From assembly GCA_963721455.1 (NCBI GenBank), contig CAVRJG010000039.1:218738-282737 (forward strand): a stretch of DNA of 64,000 nt, in the 5' to 3' direction. The DNA is from an uncultured Methanosarcinaceae archaeon. GTDB lineage: Archaea > Halobacteriota > Methanosarcinia > Methanosarcinales > Methanosarcinaceae. Positions 60,156 to 64,000 of this stretch are shown piece by piece; the stretch's first letter is position 1, and each line of letters begins with the position of its first letter. The notes below the pieces were generated by a model, which worked only from the letters and a program-made list of their open reading frames with translations, was not told the DNA's origin and made no database searches. A program made the translations under genes and the position numbers.

Positions 60156-62807
60156 TCATTCGCAGTCTTCGGACTGAGAAAAGCAGATTCGGGACAGAAG
60201 GAGAGCCTTAACAAGTTTCATTTCTCCCTCCTGACAGTTCTCACCTATCCTTGCCCGGAGCCGGGAATCCAGTTCAATTTCTAATGTTTCCAGTGCAGCT
60301 TTTATCTGCTGTTGTCTTTCCGGGGATAAAAGTCCTCCAGTGTCCCTGATCTTTCCAGAGAGAGCAAGCTGTTCAAGCTGCCTGAAAATAGTTCTGGTAC
60401 TCATGCCCTGGATTTCAGCAATTTCATCGATCCCGAGCCCCTGGGAAAAGAGAGAAAAAATCCTTTGCTGAGATTCCATTTCAAGAGAGTTCGATTCAGA
60501 AAAATCTGTTTTGAGTAAATCTACGATTTCTGACTGAGTAGAACTTCCTATAGAATCTATTTCTTTAGAGCCGCCTTCAGAAGAATCCGTCTCTGACCAA
60601 TCCTGAATGCTCATATCGAGATACTTTGCCCTCTTTGGAGGGAATTTGCAGACTTCTGAGCTGTTTACTTTATCAGATTCGGGAATGGACATTTTAATCC
60701 CGAACATTTCCATTTCAGTTTCGGAATTTTCATTCCTTTGAGCCATGCCTTTTGAAATTATTTCCTCTTTTTCAGCCCTTTCACAGGCAGCACCTGAATT
60801 TTCAGGCTTTTCGGCAGGTACCAAACTATAATCTCTACAGTAATTTTCAATTTCTTTGAGAAAAGCATCCCCATACTTTCTCAGTTTATGTTCTCCAACT
60901 CCTGTAATCGAATGGAACTCTTCAGAGCTGTGCGGAAATTTTGTAGCCATTTCCTTAAGGGTGGTATCAGAGAAAATAATGTAAGGAGGAAGATTTTTCT
61001 TTAACGCGATTTCCTTTCTCAGAGCTTTTAACCGCTCAAAAAGTATAGGATCAGGCTCTTTTCCGGATTTTACGGCCTTTCTGACATTCTTTGTTTTCAG
61101 GATATCGGCAGCAACTGAACATTCTTCTGTAGAGGTCTTTTCTGTAGAAAAATGCACGTCATCGGCTTCTTCATTGTTTATACCGACAGCTATCGAAGGC
61201 ACGAAGCTTTCTTCAGCCTCCGGAGCAAACCCTTCAGGGCAGACAAGCTCTATTCTTTCCAGGCCTTTCAGTATTTTCCTGCTCATGGCGTTCAGTTTCA
61301 ATACAGGGTACTGCGCACCACTTACGTCCAGAAGACCCGTATTTGTTATTTCGGAAGCTAATGATCTCCATTGTTCTTTTGTAAACTCCCGGCCGCTACC
61401 ATGACTTTTCAACCTCTCATGGTGATTTTGCTTGATCTTTTTATTCTTTGAGCCCGTGAGGACATCAATAACATAGTTAGTGCCAAAGCGCTGGTTAAGT
61501 TCCTGAACGCAGGTCATCAGTTTTCGGGCAGTTTCAGTCCCGTCGAAGGTGCCTTTTGGCCTGAGACACGAGTCACAATTCCCGCAGTACCCCGAAAGTT
61601 CCTCGCCAAAGTATTCCATCAGTGTCTGGCGTCTGCATTTATTTCCCTCACAGTAGGCTACCATCTGCCTTAACTGCACAAGAGAAATGTCCTTCTCCTT
61701 TTCATTTGTCTTCTGCGAAATAAAGTACTCGATCTTGAAGCGGTCGCCCCTGCTGAAAAAAAGGATGCATTCGCAGGGGCTGCCATCTCTACCCCCTCTG
61801 CCTGTCTCCTGGTAGTAGCTTTCAAGGTTTCTGGGAAGGTCATAGTGTATAACAAAACGCACATTGGACTTATCGATCCCCATTCCAAAAGCTATTGTAG
61901 CTACTATAATGTCCACGTCGTCTTTTATGAACATCTCCTGGTTTCGGGCTCGCTCGGTATCTGAAAGGCCCGCATGGTAGGGAAGAGCCCTGAAACCCGC
62001 AAGGTTCAATTTCTTTGTGAGTGTTTCGACGCTGTTTCTGCTCTGGCAGTAGATAATCCCTGCTTCGCCTCTATGCCTGTGCAGGTAGTCAGTGATTTCG
62101 GAGAAAGTCTCCTTCTTTGGCCTGACCTCGTAGGAAAGGTTTTTCCGGTCAAAACTGGCAACATAAGGGCCTTTCTCCGGAGATATGTCAAGGTTCAGCT
62201 GTGATACGATATCTTTTCGAACCCTTTCTGTGGCTGTAGCCGTAAGCGCGATAATGGGTATATCAGGAAAGCCTGTCTTCGGATCTCTTAAAAGCTTCAA
62301 TTTCCTGTACTCAGGCCGGAAATCGTGCCCCCATTCGGAAATGCAATGTGCTTCGTCAACCGCAAAGAGGCTGACCGTCCCTTTCTTTAAAAAGGCAAAG
62401 GTTCCGGGCATCATGAGCCTTTCTGGCGCAACGTAAAGAACTTTCAACCTGTTTTCGAGAAAAGCCGTCTTCACGTCCCGGATTTCCCTGGCACTCTGGG
62501 TGCTGTTCATGCAGGCTGCAGCAATCCCGTTTGCATCAAGCCCGTCCACCTGGTCTTTCATGAGGGAAATCAGGGGAGAAACAACGACTGTAACTCCTTC
62601 CATCAGGAGGGAAGGCAGCTGGTAGCAGATTGATTTGCCTCCGCCTGTAGGCATGAGCACAAAGACGTCTTTCCTTTCCAGAACATCCCTGATGATTTCC
62701 TCCTGCAAGGGGCGAAAAGAAGTATATCCGAAATACTGGTGCAGGGCAGAATACATTCTGGCAGACAGGGAAGGCCCCGGCTCAAGCTCGCGTTTACCTG
62801 CCCTCAA
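60156..62807 (-). CDS. recQ: ATP-dependent DNA helicase RecQ
   Basis: MPTGGGKS, DEAHCISEWGHDFRP and QETGRGGRDG motifs; RQC and HRDC domains; the start may be ATG 62756. Confidence 0.95.
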   Translation of the reverse strand: MRAGKRELEPGPSLSARMYSALHQYFGYTSFRPLQEEIIRDVLERKDVFVLMPTGGGKSICYQLPSLLMEGVTVVVSPLISLMKDQVDGLDANGIAAACMNSTQSAREIRDVKTAFLENRLKVLYVAPERLMMPGTFAFLKKGTVSLFAVDEAHCISEWGHDFRPEYRKLKLLRDPKTGFPDIPIIALTATATERVRKDIVSQLNLDISPEKGPYVASFDRKNLSYEVRPKKETFSEITDYLHRHRGEAGIIYCQSRNSVETLTKKLNLAGFRALPYHAGLSDTERARNQEMFIKDDVDIIVATIAFGMGIDKSNVRFVIHYDLPRNLESYYQETGRGGRDGSPCECILFFSRGDRFKIEYFISQKTNEKEKDISLVQLRQMVAYCEGNKCRRQTLMEYFGEELSGYCGNCDSCLRPKGTFDGTETARKLMTCVQELNQRFGTNYVIDVLTGSKNKKIKQNHHERLKSHGSGREFTKEQWRSLASEITNTGLLDVSGAQYPVLKLNAMSRKILKGLERIELVCPEGFAPEAEESFVPSIAVGINNEEADDVHFSTEKTSTEECSVAADILKTKNVRKAVKSGKEPDPILFERLKALRKEIALKKNLPPYIIFSDTTLKEMATKFPHSSEEFHSITGVGEHKLRKYGDAFLKEIENYCRDYSLVPAEKPENSGAACERAEKEEIISKGMAQRNENSETEMEMFGIKMSIPESDKVNSSEVCKFPPKRAKYLDMSIQDWSETDSSEGGSKEIDSIGSSTQSEIVDLLKTDFSESNSLEMESQQRIFSLFSQGLGIDEIAEIQGMSTRTIFRQLEQLALSGKIRDTGGLLSPERQQQIKAALETLEIELDSRLRARIGENCQEGEMKLVKALLLSRICFSQSEDCE

Positions 62808-63464
62808 GAAATCATAATCAGTGCTCGTTTTCTAATCCTCCTGACCTGCAGAATTGGTATCACGCCAGAATATAGACCCCGGAAGGTCCAGGAAAATTAA
62901 CGTATGGATATGCTCTCATGCACAGCTATATCCTTAATATTTCGATGTTTATGATAGACCAGACACTTATATAAAATACGCCTGGTCTGGAATCCTGACG
63001 CTGTGATGTTTCAAGCTTATCATATTTAAGTTACAGGTGTGCAGGGTGAAAGTATTCGGCTGTAAGCTCTCGATATGCGTCCGGGATACTTCTCGGGATA
63101 GTAGAGTTCAGAAAGAAAAAGTGAAATCGCTAAATTCGGAAAAGGGTTGATAAGTAAGAGTGAACAGAGAGAATTGCTGATCTCTGGCGTCAACGTTATT
63201 AATGTTTGATCTGAGGTAAAGATAGGAAGGTAAGGAGTGCGGCTACACCCAGGCACTTCTTGTCTTCCTCTATCAGTCATACTCTTTTTACATAATCAGT
63301 TAATTTTCGTTCCCCTGCGACCTTTTCTTTATTTCTGTTATTTTTCTTACTCCGGAATTTTATCGAGATTTTACCTCAGTAAAACCCCTGAGACAGTTTC
63401 GGCTGCGGCAGGAAAGAAGTCTGCAAACACCGCCAGAAAAGTTATTTATTACTATGGGAGCGCA

Positions 63465-64000
63465 GAGGGTCACGAATACCGTGACCTTTAGGTCGGGGAT
63501 GAAGTGAACCCTCGCTGGCTGTTTTGTATTCGCTTAAACTGTATCAATCATCGTTTTTTTGTAAAATGAGGTTTTTTGACACCATAGCCACAGGTGGTTC
63601 CAGCTACCTATGGCTAGGATGTGATAAGCGTTGGAATTGCGCAGTTTTAGCCATGGCTATGGTCAGATTACCTACCACATCGTGTTGGTGCCTAAGTATC
63701 GATACAAGATATTCTACAATAAACGAGTTAAAAAGGATTGCGAGTCTATATTCCATAATATTTGCACAGAGAAAGGCTACAAAATCCATGCTCTGGAAGT
63801 TGTAGGTAATCATCTTCACCTGTTCCTGGAATTCCACCCAAGCACCTCTCTATCAGAGGTGGTTCAATACTTGAAAGGAGGCAGTTCTTACAGATTGTTC
63901 AAGCTTCATCCTGAACTGAGAACACGATATTGGGGTGGAAGTCTATGGTCAAGTGGTAAGTTCTATCGATCCGTTGGAAATGTAACCGCTGACACAATCA
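63465..64000 (+). mobile_element. IS200/IS605-family element, left end, truncated by the window
   Basis: Subterminal hairpins (gggtcacgaataccgtgacc...; ccatagcc...ggctagg) followed by tnpA. Confidence 0.8.
63631..64000 (+). CDS. tnpA: IS200-type Y1 (HUH) transposase, partial
   Basis: Read from sequence: LELRSFSHGYGQITYHIVLVPKYR...NHLHLF...LKGGSS...LWSSGKFYRSVG; runs off the window end. Confidence 0.9.
   Translation, partial: MELRSFSHGYGQITYHIVLVPKYRYKIFYNKRVKKDCESIFHNICTEKGYKIHALEVVGNHLHLFLEFHPSTSLSEVVQYLKGGSSYRLFKLHPELRTRYWGGSLWSSGKFYRSVGNVTADTI

Noticed and set aside
60480-60830. Long acidic Ser/Glu-rich insert in RecQ as a possible intein or extra domain
   Set aside because: No intein terminal motifs; composition indicates a disordered linker between the HRDC and C-terminal helical domains.

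Overview
Chromosomal window from a methanogenic archaeon. Gene content (mtd, mfnB, rps17e, a TIGR04279/PGF-pre-PGF surface protein) and sequence style point to Methanosarcina. Housekeeping genes lie at both ends: mtd, tmk, hisAF-like and mfnB on the left; rps17e, dapAB, pyrBI, HPS-RraA and recQ on the right. They flank a ~46 kb cell-surface glycan/exopolysaccharide locus (~5.8-52 kb). The locus encodes a WbpABED-like diacetamido-uronic acid pathway, an AT-rich cassette with a CapEFG/FnlABC-like L-FucNAc pathway, two flippases, GT2/GT4 enzymes, two GT-C-like membrane proteins and two deacetylases. Embedded in it is a candidate undescribed processing/sorting module: three paralogous ~80-aa Ser-rich two-TM micro-proteins with a PG[LI]PE motif and apparent non-AUG starts, plus two DUF1616 + CPBP (CAAX-type) intramembrane protease pairs. 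One CPBP protease carries an N-terminal fusion made of the signal peptide and C-terminal anchor of a neighbouring surface protein. Mobile DNA: two copies of a ~250-bp MITE with 6-bp target duplications, an IS481/IS3-like element with an in-frame A-AAA-AAG -1 frameshift site, a decayed IS66 transposase, and an IS200/IS605 tnpA cut by the window end. No rRNA, tRNA or CRISPR array was seen. All family calls come from motif recognition, not database searches.
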